Below, piece after piece: positions 1 to 13,539 of a DNA stretch of 64,000 nucleotides. The position numbers and the translations under genes are program-made. Numbering within the stretch: position 1 is the stretch's first letter; each line of letters begins with the position of its first letter. The notes beneath the pieces are model-generated. The model was not told the origin of the DNA and made no database searches. It worked only from the letters and a program-made list of their open reading frames with translations. Source of the DNA: Felis catus (lineage: Eukaryota); the NCBI RefSeq assembly GCF_018350175.1, contig NC_058368.1, positions 239,198,001 to 239,262,000 on the forward strand, in the 5' to 3' direction.

Positions 1-243
1 AGTGAAAGCGCACAGAATGAAAAATCAGGTCAAAAACTGAGTATCGGGTGTTTCCGCCAGTCAACAATCGTGCCAGATACGGACGGTGTGTGAAGCGCGC
101 CGGTCCTGTAGGTACTTGAACTCTTCAGAACCGGGATGTGAAAGGACACGTCAGACAATGAGCTCAAGTGCTCAGCCGGGAGGGCAGGATGAAGCAGGAC
201 AGGTGCCTGCCTGCACAGGCGGGACAATAGCACCTTTACTTAC

Positions 244-288
244 ATATGATTGACCTGACAGTCACTGGATTAAATGGAGTCCATGTGC
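244..288 (-). CDS. PDCD6: PDCD6 (ALG-2) exon 3, 45 nt; gene continues beyond left edge
   Basis: Reverse complement reads ttttcag|GCACATGGACTCCATTTAATCCAGTGACTGTCAGGTCAATCATAT|gtaagt, encoding (G)TWTPFNPVTVRSII(S). Phase fits exon 2. Confidence 0.95.
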
Positions 289-3200
289 CTGAAAATAAGC
301 GACAGGAATGACAGTCAGACACCAGCAAGCTCTAGGTTTCGAATCTGTACCATCTGAACCTAACAAAAGTAACTTGGGGGTCACGGGAAGACCCTGGCAC
401 CACACTTCTCAGCAGGGACACTGTCCCCAGGGGACATTTCTGGTTGCCGTGACCACGGGGGGCTGTAAGCACGTCACGGTTGGGGTCCCATCCCACACTG
501 TGCAGGAGTCCCTTGGCCCCAACAGACGAACATTCCAAGCTGTTTATAATGACGTGAAGCTGGGTACTTTACTGTGTAAACAAGATACGGCTTTAGAGTA
601 TTTTAATATACACTCAGTTTTCCAGGCGTTCAGCCACCAGGTAAGTTGAGAGGTATACTGAAAAACATACCATACAACCATGCCTTAAAGTCTTCTCCTA
701 AGATTGCACGTTATTTTCCTGGTGAGTGTGAAAAAGCAGACCATGGCACCCTGGGATCCACCTTCGTATAGTAATGGGGATATTACCAAATATTTGTCAT
801 AGAGAGACTGCTGAATCTGACAGAACCGTTTATCAACCGATAATGAAATGTTCACTAGATACCTTTACGCCCCCAAATCTGTTTTCAGAGTGGTTTACAC
901 CATTACCAATTTTTACACTAACTAAAAACAAGGAAAAAAAGTGTTTTTAATGTGGAGGGAAAGCAGGGCCTCTCCCCACACCCCACTTGTATGGAAACAC
1001 CTCATATTTCCCTCTCTGTATAAAACTCTGTGCTTCTCACAGAGACCCACCCCCTGACCTCACATCGTGACCTTTCGCTCGGAACTATGGTTCCAAAGGG
1101 AACCGTCCTCCACGCTGGGCTTTCCCGCTGCGGCGCCCAAAGGCTGTGCCTGCTCACCTCAGGGCTCACGCACGCGCCTCTCCAGACCCGGGGTGTGCCT
1201 CCCAACACACGCAAATCCTTCACCTTCACCTCTCCTTTAAGTCACAGGAAAAACGCGTCCTCAGGAAAGCCCTCCCTGAGCGCCCCACGTCCCCCCAGCC
1301 CCTAAGCTAAATCTGTCAGCTCTATCAGCGCAGGTTCGAGCTTCCCCTTTGGGACAAGCGCCACCGTAACTACTCGGTGAAGGCTGCTCTTCCCCTGAAG
1401 GCAGGGGCACACCTGTCCCTGTGCCTGGCACATCGGGGTTGGATAAGCATCTTCTGCAGGCTTCACAGACGTTCGTGGGGTGGGCAGAGCGGGCAGAAGA
1501 CTGTATACGAAGCTATTAGGGCACGTTACTGAAAACCCGTATAATAAAACTATGTTACAGAGAACGCAACAGAAAAGAAAGTTCTAAAGACAGAGAGTGT
1601 CACTTCCTCACCTCATTTGTTTTTCCCTCCCTCCCAGCTAGCTGCTGCAGGCAGCGACCTGCTGTTTCCACAGGAGACAGCCCACCACGGACTAGAAGCC
1701 CAGGGAACCTAATGCACCTACTGAAGCCTTTTCCTGATTCACTTTTCCTTTGTCTTCCCTTCACCTCTGCTACAGGCCGATGCGCTCTCAATCTGTGAAG
1801 GTGACGGCAGCCCCCGCAGGCCATCCTGACTGTGAGCAGAAGCCTCACGAGCCATCTCGCAAATGACTCGGCCAAACAAGTTTGAAACAAAAGCAACACA
1901 AGTGCAACAGTTGAGTAGTGTGCAAACGTGAGCACCTGTTGTGGTGAAAGCCAGGTGCCGCCTGGAAAGGCACACGTGGGGTGCCCAGGGAAGGCGCATC
2001 CCTGAGGTGGCCCATGGGGACTGGCAGCCATGCTGGAGGATTCTGCGGACGGCAGGGGTCCCAGGCTCCGGAGAGCAACAGGTCACCATGCGCTGAGTCA
2101 AGGACGGAGACCCACAGGTTTCCTGCGGGGCTATCGCGCGAGGGGAAGGCGGAGGAGGCAACCTCTTGGTACCCCTGCTCATCCTTCTTCTTACCCAAAC
2201 GGGGCCCGACTCTGCACAGAATCCAAGGGGTAACGACAGCCAACAGTTAGGTCTTGCGGCCTGGTTCTCAGACTATAAAAAGCTCAGTAACCCACAATGA
2301 AGCTGCAACACTGCAACATGCACACATTTAGTATCTCAGCTGTGTTAAGCACTAAATGCACCTGAGCGTCAGCCTGAAACTCTTAAGTGGTTTCTAAAAC
2401 AGTTTTCTGTAAAAAATACAACGCAAATAATCAATTTAACACACTCACTAAAAACAGGGGGTACATTATAAAGGTAGACTTTTTTCACAAGCCCTACAAC
2501 TCCATAACCCTCTAGCCCAGGTTTCAGGGCCACCTACAATTTCAAACACTCCCATCTGCTTCTCCCAGACAGCAGCATGTTTGAACGTTAGAACTGGTCA
2601 TCTTGCAAAAGCTTGCCTGTCGGATTTTTACCTAGACTTCTAGGTGTCCTGCCTCAATTTCATCTTAAAGAACTAAAGAATACAGAAATGTGATTTCCCA
2701 CGTAAATTTAATACACTTTTGTCACCTATAATTTGGGAGCAGGGCTGAAGCCTTAAGAAGTCACCCTAAGCAAATGACAATGGCCCAAAGAACCATCCAT
2801 GGTTGTAGAGACAGCCCCCATCAGGACGCCTTACCATTTCTCCACTTAACTCCCAAGCACACAAATTCTGTCAAGAACCTGCATCTGCCTCCATTCTCCA
2901 AGGGGGAAAAAACCCATTCTGTTCTGGTAATATATTGTCTTTTCACTCTCTCCAAAGAGTTTTCTTTATTGAAATTATGTCCTGTTAACCACAAGCTTAA
3001 ACTTTGGCTTTAGTGAGTGGTTGGGGTTAGGAGTTCACAACATCCAGCATTTGCACAATCGAGACACTTAACTACTTGAAATCTCTAGGGGCAACAACAG
3101 CAGCAGAATGAGACTTTTCTACATCATCACTGGTGATCTCTTTCGACTTTATTGCATCAAACCTAGAACTCCCAGCCTTCCTGGCCTTTTCTGCCAGAGA

Positions 3201-3780
3201 GGAGCTACAGATGAGGAGGTATAAGCAATCCTGCAGGGACGGGCACACAGCACAGGCACCCAATGCACACAATCAGCAGAACTTCGGTGTCTCTTCAGGT
3301 TCAGCAAAATCCCAGACTTCGCCAGTGCTGGAATGACAACTTCAAATAGCACAGTCAGAAACATGACCTTTCTGAAATACTGATCAACAGCACTGATCTG
3401 ATAAATGCCACAGCTGGAAACTGGTTCTATGAAAGTCTGGGTCAAATTACTACAGCATTTACATTAATAAAAATTAAAAACAATCTAAGTGACTACTAGT
3501 GAAACACTGTAAACTCAGTCCCAGAAGACACATGGTCTCCCAGTTCTATAGCAGACAGATGCAGGATCTGGTGCAGAGGGGCTTGGCTCCAGGGGGAAAA
3601 GGATCTAAACTTCCAGTCATCCTATTTTTACATCCGAAGAAACTGGGGCCAGAAGTGCAATGTGCTCAAGGTCATGGAGAAACTTGTCGGCAAAGCCAGG
3701 TCCATCGAATCCCAACTTTATTTTGTTTCTATCTGCAACTTTGGCGGGATGCATCTCTGGGAAGAGCAGACACGACAGGC

Positions 3781-4445
3781 TGTACTGGAGTTGCCAAGAC
3801 CACCCTCAGGCTCCATGACTCACTAGGACTCCAACACTCTGGCAGTTCGTTACAATGAAAGGCCAGAATAAAATCAGCAGAGCAGAGAAAGGCACTAGGA
3901 GAATTCCGGTGGAGACCCGTGCAGCGCCCAGAGGGACCCCCTCATGGAGCCACACAGGACGTCCTCATTCCTCCAGCTAGGAGTCTTGAGGACAGAGGCG
4001 AAGTACTGTCAACTAGGGAACTCCCCAGTCTACAACCCAGGGTTTCTCCTGGGGAGGCAGGCATGGACGCTCCAGAGACCCAGAGGGAAAGCAGGTGTTT
4101 GCCATAAATTGTACTGTTGGGATCAACTATATAGGCCAACAGGTACCACACAGCTCAGGGCCCTCAGTGGGCCAAACACCCTTCTCAGTCAGAATATCCC
4201 AGGAGGCAGCCGGCCATGAAAGTCCTTCCTGGGAAGGAGCAGGCTCAGAGCAACCCAACTCAGCAACTGCGGAGTCAGCCCTTCTCTGCACACAGGCAGA
4301 TGGAAGCTGAGGGTAAACCTCTAAGTGTCCCTGCTGCATTACCAGCAGCAAACACCCTTACCCACCAAACTGGGACTGTCAGGGCAGGAGCAGTGATGGG
4401 ACCAGAAGCACTGGTGTGCAGGGAACAGTCTGCTTATATGGTCTG
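3781..4445 (+). mobile_element. MER21-like solo LTR (degenerate)
   Basis: Starts tgtactggagttgccaagaccaccctcagg and resembles the MER21 family consensus from memory. Confidence 0.5.
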
Positions 4446-4465
4446 ATTTCTCTCATTTCTTCCAT

Positions 4466-4501
4466 TTTTTTTTTTTTTTTTTTTTTTTAGTATTTATTTT
4501 T

Positions 4502-4533
<32 letters not shown>

Positions 4534-4781
4534 AACAGGCAGAGACAGAGTACAAGCAGGGGAGGGGCAGAGAGAGAGGGAGAGAGGAAGACATAGAATC
4601 CAAAGCACGCTCCAGGCTCTGAGATGTCAGCTCAGAGCCCGATACAGGGCTCGAACTCACGGATTGTGAGACCATGACCTGAGCCAAAGTCGGATGCTTA
4701 ACTGACTGAGCCAGTCAGGTGCCCCTCTTCTTTATTTTTTTAAGTTTATTTATTTGAGAAAGAGAGAGAGACAGTGTGAGC

Positions 4782-4828
<47 letters not shown>

Positions 4829-4964
4829 CGGGGAGAATCCCAAGTAGATGCCACAGTGTCAGCCCAGAGCCCGATGTGGGGCTCAAACTCACAAACCGTG
4901 GGATCATGACCTGAGCTGAAATCAAGAGTTGGTCATTCAACCAAGTGAGCCACCCAGGTGCCCC
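4466..4964 (-). mobile_element. Two tandem CAN-SINEs (4466-4725, 4735-4964) with (GA)n tracts
   Basis: tRNA-derived heads, (CT)n and A tails. The pair is bracketed by tctcatttcttc at 4451 and 4965. Confidence 0.92.
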
Positions 4965-7627
4965 TCTCATTTCTTCTTAATATGGGATCCTCAAGAAAGC
5001 CAAAACTCTATTTTGGTTAAAAAAAAAAGAATATATGAATTATTATTTTTTTAAAGTGCAGCTAAAAAAGTCTCCACAAAATACCTACCTAGGTTATATT
5101 AAGACAAACCTGCAGAACTACAAAAAAGAGGCTTGAGCAAAATAAAATTCCCATAATTCCAAGAAATAATGTGCAAATTAGGAAAAAAAAAGGTACTAAA
5201 CTCAAGATAGTTTATGAGATGTTATTTCAAAACGAAGGCAAGAGAACAGTCTTCTTCTGTCTTTCTTCATACCTGTTAACCACAAACCTTCCTGAGAGCA
5301 GCCAATTTTAGAAACTTTCCTATGGAAACAAGTCTTATAAAGGAGTCAGTGTATGGGACCCACAAGTACTTCTTCAGGATGGTTTCAACTGGATATTAGC
5401 AGAGAGCACACAGGCACAGATTTAATTAAAGTGAGAAATCATACAAGTTTGTATCTTCAGTTTTCTAACCAGTAATAGACCAAGTAAACCAACTTCCTGA
5501 AATAGCCTAATATTCCAGTTCTAATATGAAAACAGAACCCCAATACTGGGAGAGCAACCAGAAGTCAAATTTCAACCGCATCAGCTCCAGGAAGTCGGGG
5601 GGCGGTGGGGGGGAACAGGATGGACACAGGCCCGTCCAGCGAGCAGTGCCTGGGCACACTGAGCAGCTGCGCAGAGGAGCCCAGTCTGGCTTTCCTTCGA
5701 GAAGTGGACAGTCTAGTGGCCAGAGACAGCTACGACAATGATCGTGTAGAATACAGAGAATGGAGAGCAGGGAGCGTCCAAGAAAAAGCAGCGATGCTGA
5801 GGGGGCTCAAAAGCAGGAGAGGGCACACCCCTCCAGACAGACAGGGATCTGAAACACAGGATGCACACAGCTTCCCCTCATGCTGACGAAGGGCAGGTGC
5901 TCTAGGCAGGAGTACAGGACCCACGGCAAGCGGTGGACACTCTCCTGAAGACAAATGGGAAGATACCAGGGCTCACGGTGCTGTGACACCTAGCTGTGAA
6001 CTACACCCACAGCACAACATGAGCACGGGCACCGAGGGGTGCCAGCAACACACATCTGGGTTTAAATCCCGTGCTACAGCTCAAAAGCCACAACGGGTAA
6101 CTCCGCAAGTGATATGATACCACCTACTCTGTGAATGTTTATCATACATACCGTGCCTTACTGCAGAAAGAACTTAAATGTACGCAGATATCCACAGTAG
6201 AGCAGAATGAAGTAAATTTTAATCATACTGGATGGGAGGAGAAAGTAGGAGGATAAGAAAGGGTTCTAAGACTAGATCAGTAAAATCCCCCTCTTAAAAT
6301 TCTAAATTCATGCTACTGACCAGCCACCAATTTAAACTTTTTCACAGCTAATTTGAAGAGGCAAATCTAACTGGTTAAAAGATTCAGGGTTAATAAAATG
6401 CAAACAAAACAAGACAGAACAGCCACCAAAGGTGCTTGGAACACCAGAGGCACCGTCCCCGCTAGGGAGAAGGGAGCCGGCCATTTGCCTGGCGGTCACC
6501 CCGCAGAGGGCATGCCTCTGTCAAGGTGAACAGGGAGGCCAGTTTTTACATGTCTTGAACAAGAGCTGAGGCAATCCCTCAGGGCAACTCAATAAAAGGG
6601 CCTCCAGAGGGCCACCGAGACAGTCCCGACAGATACTAGGTTAGAGCAGGTATTGATTTCAAAGGGTCTCAGCAATGGTGAACCTAACATCCTCTAGACA
6701 ACTGTGAAAATTCATTCTCTTTTAAACAGGCTCCTGGTAGATATTTAGTAGGAGCTGAGTTCAAGATTATGCTCTAACAAAGACCCATATCCTTTAACAA
6801 CCAGCTGAACTAGGGGCATTACTGACACCCTCTAGTGAAAATACAGAACCCTAACCCTATAGGTCAGATTAGGTCCCACCACCATGCCCCGGGGGCTCAA
6901 ACAACAATGCTCATGTGAAATCAGGTTTGTTAAATGCTGGCACAGTGCCTACAAACAGTGGCTGCCCCTCATGTGGCACCTGAGCTGGCTGCCTGGCCTG
7001 GCTGGTGACAATACCCCTCCTCCACTCAGCCAACAACGCAGTCCCCCTGCTATGTGTCAGGCACTGCACCAAGCACTGCGTGCACTTCCTCTACCGACCC
7101 TCCCAGGAGGGTCAAGTCCTTGCCCAAAGTCGTATTCCTAGAACCGAGAGAGCCAGGATCTGAACTCAGACAGGAGCCCCCAGGTGGACACTGTCATGCT
7201 AATGAGGTCAGAGTGTGACCATCACTCTTGAGGGGCAGGTTTCACAGAGATCCCAAACCTGGGCAGCACCCTCAAAACTTCAAGCAAATGGACAAAGAGA
7301 GTTGGTCCTCACTTACTGGAAAAGAACTCAGAAGGAATGCCTCTGAAGCATGACCTCTGAGGGTGCTTTCTCTGGAGTGGCCACCCTCTGGAACCTCTGA
7401 CCACATTTAACAGAATGTGAAGACATACGTTTTGGTGAACACTTAGTTTTAAGCCAGATTTGCCAGGTCATAGCCTGCTGGATTGCAGCTGTTTCTGACA
7501 TGTTCTAGTAACCTTATCTTCTACTCCTCCAAGTGTAACCAAGTACTGGAGACACAAAAATTGAAAAGAGATTAGTAATGATAAGCGAGGAATCAAGAAG
7601 GCACAATTGTCAAATGAGAGTAACGAA

Positions 7628-7841
7628 ATTTTTTTTTTTTTATGTCCATTTTTATTTTTGAGAGAGAGAGAAAGAAAGAGCAGGGGAGGGACACAGGGAG
7701 AGGGAGACACAGAATGTGAAGCAAGCTCCAGGCTCCCAGCTGTCAGCACAGACCCCAACATGAGGCTCAAACCCATGAAACGTGAGATCATGACCTGAGC
7801 CAAAGTGGGACACTCAACGGACTGAGCCACCCGGGCGCCCC
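7628..7841 (-). mobile_element. CAN-SINE
   Basis: Reverse complement starts ggggcgcccgggtggctcagtccg, with an A tail. Confidence 0.92.
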
Positions 7842-7888
7842 ATAAAGAAATTTCTTAATTTTGTAAACACAACTATATAGTATTTTAA

Positions 7889-8133
7889 GAGACAAAACAG
7901 ATGAACATAAGGGAAGGGAAACAAAAATAATATCAAAACAGAGAGGGGTACAAAACAGAAGAGACTCATAAATATGGAGAACAAACTGAGGGTTACTAGA
8001 GGGGTTGTGGGAGGGGGGGATGGGCTAAATGGGTAAGGGGCACTAAGGAATCTCCTCCTGAAATCACTGTTGCATTATATGCTAACTATTTTGGATGTAA
8101 ATTTAAAAAAAATTAAAAATAAAATTTAAGAAA
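7889..8133 (+). mobile_element. 5'-truncated carnivore/felid L1 3' end
   Basis: gagaacaaactgagggttactagagggg...gggatgggctaaatgggtaagggg followed by an A-rich tail. Confidence 0.8.
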
Positions 8134-8438
8134 AATTTCGTAAACTCAACAACATAAATACGTGTGAAGTTATACACCAATATCTGTGGCCCACATACGT
8201 TAAATACTGGGGGAAAAAAGTCAGTGGTATGTACCGTTCTTTAAACGTATTAATCTGTAAACACAAACCCTGCACTTCATGTAAATCACGAGGCAATAAA
8301 CCACACTAAGTGCCTGGTATGTGCCCACAATGAGGGCACGTATTCTCCTTTAGCCCGATATCCAGCACTGTGAGGTGGTGGCGGCATCCTTACTTTTTCT
8401 AGAACATCAAACTGGTTCCTACTAATAAAAATGAATCT

Positions 8439-8640
8439 TGGGGCACCTGGGTGGCTCAGTTGGTTAAGCACCGACTTGATTTCAGCTAGGTCATGATCTC
8501 ACAGTTCGTGGGTTCGAGCCCCTAATTGGGCTCTATGCTGACAGTGTGGCGCCTGCTTGGGATTCTGTCTCTCTGACTCTCCCCCACTCTCTCACACGCA
8601 TGCACGTGCGCTCTCTCTCTCTCAAAATAAACTTAAAAAG
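8439..8640 (+). mobile_element. CAN-SINE
   Basis: ggggcacctgggtggctcag head, (CT)n and A tail. Confidence 0.92.
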
Positions 8641-9333
8641 AAAAGAGTCTTCCAACATCTTAGAATCGATCCCTTTCTACCTTAAATGGCACACCTCTGG
8701 AAAGACAAGCTACAAATCTAAGAATCAGAAAAGTCAGTGGCATCTGAGGGATTTTTTAAAAGGCAAAAGAGCCAGGTAGTTAATAAAATAAAAGGTCTCA
8801 AACAGTACTTCTGTGGATTAATCAGGCTGAAACTGGCAAGAAGAGAACTCCATGGAGAGCCCCCAACACACTGCCATGTAACAGCTATGGTCCTTTATCC
8901 CTGTCTGAATGCCTAGTATTCTCCCACTGATAAGACCATCTTCCCACAATCCACCTGCCAGAGCCACGTCCCCAACGTCCCAGTCACTTCCCCATGGTGC
9001 CCTTGGCACCTTGATGATCCTCTCCCAAGAGGTCACAGAGATACAGTCACGAAAGGAATCAGTGATCTTCAATGTACCTGAAGCATATTAGCCCTACAAA
9101 GCTAAACTTCCTATCCTTCCCTAAAACCTACACCCTAACCTCCACTTCTCAAGTGCTTCCCTGCGCCTGTCCATGCAGGGGCTGGAACAGCTCGGCAAGG
9201 CCCTTGGCGCAGGATACCCACTGGCAAAATAAATCAGAAGCACCTCCACCACATGCCAGTAACAGTAATTAGGCCTTCATAACTCCTCTGTACTTGGGAA
9301 AAGAAGTTATTTACTACAGGTGGGTCAGGCTCA

Positions 9334-9441
<108 letters not shown>

Positions 9442-9964
9442 TCAAGACCAGTTAAGCTGGTGAATAAAAGCAGGACAAGCAAAACATGTCAAGCATAAAC
9501 ACTTCATTCCTCTGCCGAGCCTACGTCAACTCTGGAGGCAGCTAGGACTCTCACTCTCGCATCCGCGTGGGAACAAGGTTCTCCCAAAGAGATGGCTCCT
9601 TTTGCCTTGTCAAGCCTTTCTCCTTTTCTTTCCCTTGGGCAGTCTGAATTCTCTCCTTTTCACAAACAGCAAAAAGACTGCCTCAGACACGTCCTTCCGT
9701 GACCATTGGTCACTCATTCACTCTGAAGGGCAACCCGGGGACAGAATATGCTGCAGTGCCGGTCTCCAGCTTCTTTCCCAGCTGCTGGACTGTAACAGCG
9801 CTGGAGCAGTCTGTGTTTCTGTTTACCTTAAGCATCCCGAAGACCCTCCCGGAGCAGCAATCCCCTGGGCTGTAGGCTCAGGGGTGGGGGCCGCGATCCC
9901 CTGGACACCTGCAGCGGGCTCCGCACCTCGACAGCGGCCTGGGGGAAGGGGGGGTTTCCGGCAC

Positions 9965-10335
9965 GAGGTCGGGGCCAGACCTAAGGGAGCCAGGAAGGAG
10001 GAGGCCAGAGGCCGAAGGGAAGCAGGAAGGAGGCCAAGGGGGAGGCCGGATGGAGCCAGGAAGGGAGTCAGGGTGACGGGAGACCAAAGGGAAGCAGGAG
10101 GGAGGCCGAAGGGAAGACTAGAGGGAGCCAGTAAAGGGGCTGGGGAGAGGCGTGGGGGGAGGGGGTTGGGGAATGGGAGGCCGGAAGGAGCCAGGAAGAG
10201 CCGGGGGGGGGGGGGGGGGGGGGGGGGAGGGGGGGAGGCCGGAAGGAGCCAGGAAAAGGCGTGGGGGGGGGGGGAGGCCGGAAGGAGCCAGGAAGAGGCA
10301 TGGGGGGGGGGAGCCAGGAAGGAGGCCGGGAGGTG
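9965..10335. repeat. G/A-rich minisatellite in PDCD6 intron 1
   Basis: Core GGAGGCCGGAAGGAGCCAGGAA is exact at 10176, 10234 and 10273, with degenerate copies upstream. G25 run at 10203-10227. Confidence 0.85.
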
Positions 10336-10402
10336 GGTGGCCGAGGAGAACGTAGGGGAGACCGGTGGAGCCTCGTGAGTGCCTGGGTGGCGCCGGGCCT
10401 CA

Positions 10403-10612
<210 letters not shown>

Positions 10613-10852
10613 TTACGCCACTTCCGGGAACGCTGGAAGGAGGCGTGTCCCCGCTGGCACCTGGAGCGCGGCCCAGGCCTGGCGGCCCCGTTGCTAAGCG
10701 ACACCGACGCCCTGGCGCGCGGGGGTGCGGATCCCGCGCTACGCGTGCGCGCTGCCAGGGCCACGGACCCGGCGCAGGTACCGCTTACACCCGCAAGGCG
10801 ACAGCGGTTTCCCCCCAGCGTGTTTAAGTTTTGCATCAAAAAGTCATCAAAG

Positions 10853-11050
10853 GGATGCGAGGGACTCTTGCTTTCGGCTCAGGTCGTGATCTCACAGGTT
10901 CGAGCCCGGGGTGGAGTTAGAGTTAGTTAGGATTAGGGGTTAGTCCTGCCCTGCTTGGGACTCTCTCTCTCCCCGCCCCTCTCCCCCCCCTCCCCCTCCT
11001 CCTCCTCCTCCCCTGATCTCGTGCTCTCTCTCAAAATCAATAAGCTTTTT
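10853..11050 (+). mobile_element. Rearranged CAN-SINE in the PDCD6 promoter
   Basis: Perfect 15-bp TSD aaaaagtcatcaaag at 10838 and 11051. Retains ggctcaggtcgtgatctcac..gttcgagccc and cctgcttggga. Confidence 0.85.
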
Positions 11051-12191
11051 AAAAAGTCATCAAAGTGAGCGTGGCCGAGGGGAAGAACGCGTCTTTCTGG
11101 AATGTGTCAGACTTCCCACGTGTCCTCCTGTCGTGTCACCTCGCCCCTGCGCGGCCTGCACCTCACTGGCGGTTCTGCTGCTGGACACCGCCGCAGGGGA
11201 GACCTCCCCGTGGGGACCGCAGCGCGCTGCAGGAGGCTTCCCGAAGACCCCGGAAATTGTTCCAGCCCCTGGGATTTTAAGTGCTGTTTGGTCCTCATGG
11301 CTGGGTTTCTTGAGGCGAGACCCTCCCACGGTGCTTCCCAGTCCCCGAAGGACCGAGAGTCCAGGAGCTGGCCTCTAGCCCAGAGCCCCCCTTCTCTGAG
11401 GACGCCGATACATCATCCAGGCCCTTGGCCCGGCCACAGACATGACCAGGGATCACTCTCTGCCCGCTTTCCTGCATCCTAACCACCACACGATGTGAAG
11501 GGTTCTTGCAGGTTCTTCAAGGAAATTAAAATATTCTGACTTTGGCATTCACCTACAGTGCTAATCTACAAAACTCTTAACGTGTGGTTTTCCCATGACT
11601 TAGTGAATTCAAAAAGTTTCTAATTTTCTCATAAAGTATTCATTCACATCAGTTATTGAATAATGTTTTCTAGAATTTTCCACAGGTCTTTGATCTGTGG
11701 CTTCTGAAATCCATCTTTAGTCCCATCTCTGGCTCCTTTTCTGTTCTAACTCCACAAAATTAATAACTGATTTTGCAACACGATTTGTAGGGAAACTTCA
11801 GCAAGAACCGTCTCCGCAACTGCAGCAGGCCCTGGCCTCCCTCTCCTGACAGTGTCACTCTCCACCAACCTGTGGCCAAGTCCCCAACCTGGATGGCCAC
11901 AGCCAGCACCATCTGCAGGGCCTAGAAGTGTTCTGTTCTGCCTTCTGTTCATTCCAGGTGTGCAAAATGAACCATCCAAAGGAAGGAGCACTTGCTGAAT
12001 GCTCACAAGGAGTGAGACTCTACCCTAGTGTGTCAGTGTTCCTTTGAGTAACCCTCACACCAGCGCCTCAGGGCAAGCCACCAGGGTCTGCGTTTTACTG
12101 ATGGCTGGCCTAAGGTCAAACAGGCAAGGAAATTTTAGGCCAGGCCTAGCTCTGCTTTCCTGCATCATCTGTCAGGGCAAGGCTGACTCTT

Positions 12192-12405
12192 TTTTTTTTT
12201 TTTTTAAACATTTATTTATTTTTGAGACAGAAAGAGAGCACGAACGGGGGAGGGTCAGAGAGAGAGGGAGACACAGAATCTGAAACAGGCTCCAGGCTCT
12301 GAGCTGTCAGCACAGACCCCGACGCAGGGCTCGAACTCACAGACGGAGAGATCATGACCTGAGCTGAAGTCGGCCGCTTAACCGACTGAGCCACCCAGGT
12401 GCCCC
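12192..12405 (-). mobile_element. Young SINEC_Fc-like element
   Basis: Near-consensus sequence with TSD aaggctgactctt at 12179 and 12406. Confidence 0.93.
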
Positions 12406-13539
12406 AAGGCTGACTCTTAGAGATTAATGACTAGAAAATGAAGGTTTAGGGAAAATTCTCCCCCTCCTCCCACCAACATATACCCAAATGTACAGATCAA
12501 TCTAGAAGGCTTCAGCAGAGACTGGCCTGGTGCATCCCTCCCTTCACCATGGCCCTTATTTCTAATGAACGTCTCTGGCTCTGAGAGGCTGGATAGAGCA
12601 CGGCAGGTGGGTCACAGCCCATGCTGTACTGGGAGGGCAGGACCAAGCCTCTGAGTCCTCCAGCTGCCATTGATGGGAGTGTTGCCTGGAGTCCTGTTGC
12701 CTCCTTACGAAAATGCTGCGCAGCCACAGGGGAGACCTTCTGCCAACAGAAAAGAGGCAGATCATCCCCTGCCTAGTCCTGCTGACTCAATCACTTAAAG
12801 TATTGATGTACTTGCCCTATCCCCTCGCCGATCTTGGGATTCAATTCCCTCCTAACCAGGTCTGTTCTAAGCTTTCCATGTAGGTGGTGCTCCTGGATGG
12901 GAAAGTAGAGAAGTAAACTGAAAGACAGCACTGCTCTCTTCCTCCCATTAACATTTGCACATCACGTGTCTAATGTTGGGCCAGTCTTTCCTTTGGTGTA
13001 ATATCTCTGAGCTAATTGAAAAATGCCTCTATTACTATCCTTAGAGTTTTTCTAAATGTTGGCTCTTTCTGGGTGCTAGGATTCCTCACACTTCACAGTC
13101 TACCCTCGTTATCTTATGTCTTTGGCATATACTAAGCCCTCAATAGTGAACAAATGGATGACCAAATAAGTTTCGTGCCCATTTGTTTTTGCGCGTGAAT
13201 GTGCACACACACACATATTTTGTATTTATCCACCCTTACAGCTTTCCCTCTGAAGCCACTTTGATCCATTATTTATGCCTCATTTCACATCAGTAATGGC
13301 TTACACTGTGACATTTACATGGAGACCTGTGTCACTTTCCGTTTTACAGACTCTGGTGCAGAATTCTAGGGGACAGCTGACTGCCCAGCCCTCTACATCC
13401 TATCCAATCAATATTCTTTACAGAATTAGTATTGCTAGAGAATGACCTACCACTTTTTATTTAACTCAGGTTTCTGAGCAGTGGTCAGTTTATCAAATAT
13501 ATGCTGTTTAATGTAAGATAATAGTAAATGTCTATATTG

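Noticed and set aside
6847..6860. aaccctaaccct telomere-like 2-mer
   Set aside because: Too short to distinguish from chance.
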